Assembly: GCF_006345805.1 (NCBI RefSeq)
Contig: NC_043002.1
Coordinates: 50,034,001 to 50,098,000 of the forward strand
Origin: Octopus sinensis
Taxonomy: Eukaryota
Direction of reading: 5' to 3'
Length of the DNA: 64,000 nucleotides
Shown here: positions 62,123 through 64,000 of the stretch, one piece after another
Layout of the letters: each line of letters starts with the position of its first letter
How positions within the stretch are numbered: the first letter of the stretch is position 1
Made by a program: the position numbers and the translations under genes
The notes under the pieces: model-generated
The model's input: only the letters and a program-made list of their open reading frames with translations
What the model was told of the DNA's origin: nothing
Databases searched by the model: none

Positions 62123-62485
62123 ACAGGTGTGGCTGTGTGACAAAGTTTGTTTCCCAACCACTTGGCTCCAGATCCAGTCTCGTTTCATGGCACCTTGGGC
62201 TGACCAAAGCCTTGTGAGTAGATTTGGTAGACAGAAACTGAAAGATGCCTATCATGTGTGCATGTGTGTCTGCCTGCCTGTATTTGTCTCTCACCACTGC
62301 GTGACAATCAGTCTTCATGTGCTCATGTCTCCGTAACTTAGCAGTTCAGCAAAAGAGACCAATGAAATAGGTACCAGGCTTGAAATGAAAAATAAGAACT
62401 GGAGCCAGTTAGTGTGACTAAAATTCTTCAAGGTGGTGTCCAAGTATGGCTGCAGCCTAATGACTGAAGCAAGTAAAAGATAAAA
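62123..62485 (+). mobile_element. SINE family A, full length, diverged
   Basis: Head to GACTGAAGCAAGTAAAAGATAAAAGAT tail. Confidence 0.82.
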
Positions 62486-62979
62486 GATAATTCTTGTCAA
62501 TATTCTAGATTTACAACTTAGACATTTCATGATTTGTGTTTCCAGCTATCACACATGCCACTTAAGAATGGCTTTATCCCAAATTAGTGAAGCACCACAT
62601 AAAGATATGGGCTGAAATTGAACAGGTGCTTGATAGTATAATGCAAAATGAATACTGGTCTATGTTTCAGATGTGTGGGGCGGAGCTATTTTATCTTTTC
62701 TTTCACAATAGGCTCTATCCAAAAACTTAGGCTCTGTGACACTGCTTTAGTCCCTGAAATGCTTACATCACATCAGTTTTGGTTTTCTGTGCTCAAGTGC
62801 AGATATGGCTGTATGGTTTAGTAGCTTGCTTCCCAATGATGTGATCTTAGATTCAGTCTCATTGTGCAGCACCTTGGGCAAGTGTCTTCTTCTATAACCC
62901 CTGGCCAACCAATGCCTTGTGAGTAGATTTCGTAGATGGAAATTGAGAGCGGCCCATCATATGCATGTATGTATCTATG

Positions 62980-63140
62980 TCATTATTCAGTTTTATTTTA
63001 AGATTTCTTGCCAATAGAGAAAAAGCTGTATGTTTTATGTATGCATTCTCATGCATATAGTTGCATATCTTGACATGCTCATATATATTAAAATGATAAA
63101 CTTCTGGAAAGTTTTATAGATTTTTTACAGTTCCCATGAT
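62980..63140 (-). mobile_element. Short 3' remnant of the same REL-LINE family as 28665-29215, nested in a family A SINE (62803-63440)
   Basis: Reverse complement GGAACTGTAAAAAAATCTATAAAACTTTCCAGAAGTTTATC...TTTCTCTATTGGCAAGAAATCTTAAAATAAAACTGAATAATGAC. Confidence 0.85.
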
Positions 63141-64000
63141 GGGTTGGATCTATCCATTATATATCTGTCTGTCTGTATGCATGCATGTTTGTGTTTGTTT
63201 ACACATTTCCGTGTGCTATCACCTGGGCATCGTGATGGTTGTAAACGAGTATCATTGTCATCCAAGCGACATTGTTTGCTTCCAGTCTTTCATAAAAAAC
63301 ATGCCTACCTATGGCAAAATATTACCTTGCTTGGAAACAGGTAAGAGTTGGTGTCAGGAAGGACATCTGGCCTCAGAAAAATCTACCTCAAGAAATTCCG
63401 TCTGACCCATGCAAGCATGAAAAAGTAGACGTTAAATGATGATGATAATGATGAGGATCCAGCTTATCAGATAAATTGCAAGTGGTAATTTGATGTTAGA
63501 TTTATTCCGAGCTGTAATCTATACTTGAACCTGGCACCATGCTTCTCCCAAAGTAACTGATTAGAGGCAGACATCAAAAATCATGCCAACTATTATAGAA
63601 AGATCTGTAAACGTATTTCTTGTTCTCATTGTCATAGGAAGCTTAGTAAATAGACAAAAATAAGTTTTTAATTCATTAATCATTTCTGAAATTATTAAAA
63701 TTGTTTGGAAAGATGAAAAATTATTTTAAAGAAAAAAAATAATGAATAAATAAGTGAAGTAAAAATAATAAAAATTGTAAAGGAAATGAAGATAAAAAGC
63801 AACAAAAACAGAAGAATTGAAATAAAAAAGCAAATATAAATTTAAATATAAAAAAAATTATACAATAACAAGAACAATTATAAAATACAAATTCACATTT
63901 ATATTTGCAGTTGTCTTTTGGAGAAAATTGAGATTAACTAAGGAACGGAGAGGGAGGGAGGAGAGAAAGAGAGAGAGAGAAGCTAACTTGCTGTAAATTG

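Overview
AT-rich animal genomic DNA, dense in microsatellites and transposable elements. The repeat families look like those of an octopus or other coleoid cephalopod; this is pattern recall, not a database result. There is no operon, CRISPR array, rRNA or true tRNA gene. The only host-coding candidate is one 73-nt + strand exon (8946-9018), so most of the window may be a long intron or intergenic. The only long ORFs (9104-11181) are the RT and zinc-knuckle part of a young, 5'-truncated L1/Tx1-type LINE with a single frameshift. Other elements: a pogo/Passer-like element lacking its DDE domain (4547-6000), a decayed mariner (50251-51117), RTE-type LINE remnants, four restriction-like-endonuclease (R4/Dong/NeSL-type) LINE 3' remnants, a Penelope GIY-YIG fragment, piggyBac-like TTAA MITEs, Helentron/Helitron-like elements, and more than 50 full or partial copies of at least five tRNA-derived SINE types (labelled A-E here) that swap heads and tails. 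The most unusual structures are: (1) a 568-bp near-perfect fold-back palindrome made from one SINE copy (56838-57405); (2) a ~1-kb array of nine copies of a 28-nt motif separated by unique spacers (30963-32008); (3) a decayed type I hammerhead-ribozyme-like fold (37301-37371); (4) a SINE with a 16-bp TSD whose 3' end matches the Tx1 LINE in the same window. All alignments and coordinates were made by eye; degenerate repeat ends may be off by 5-20 nt.
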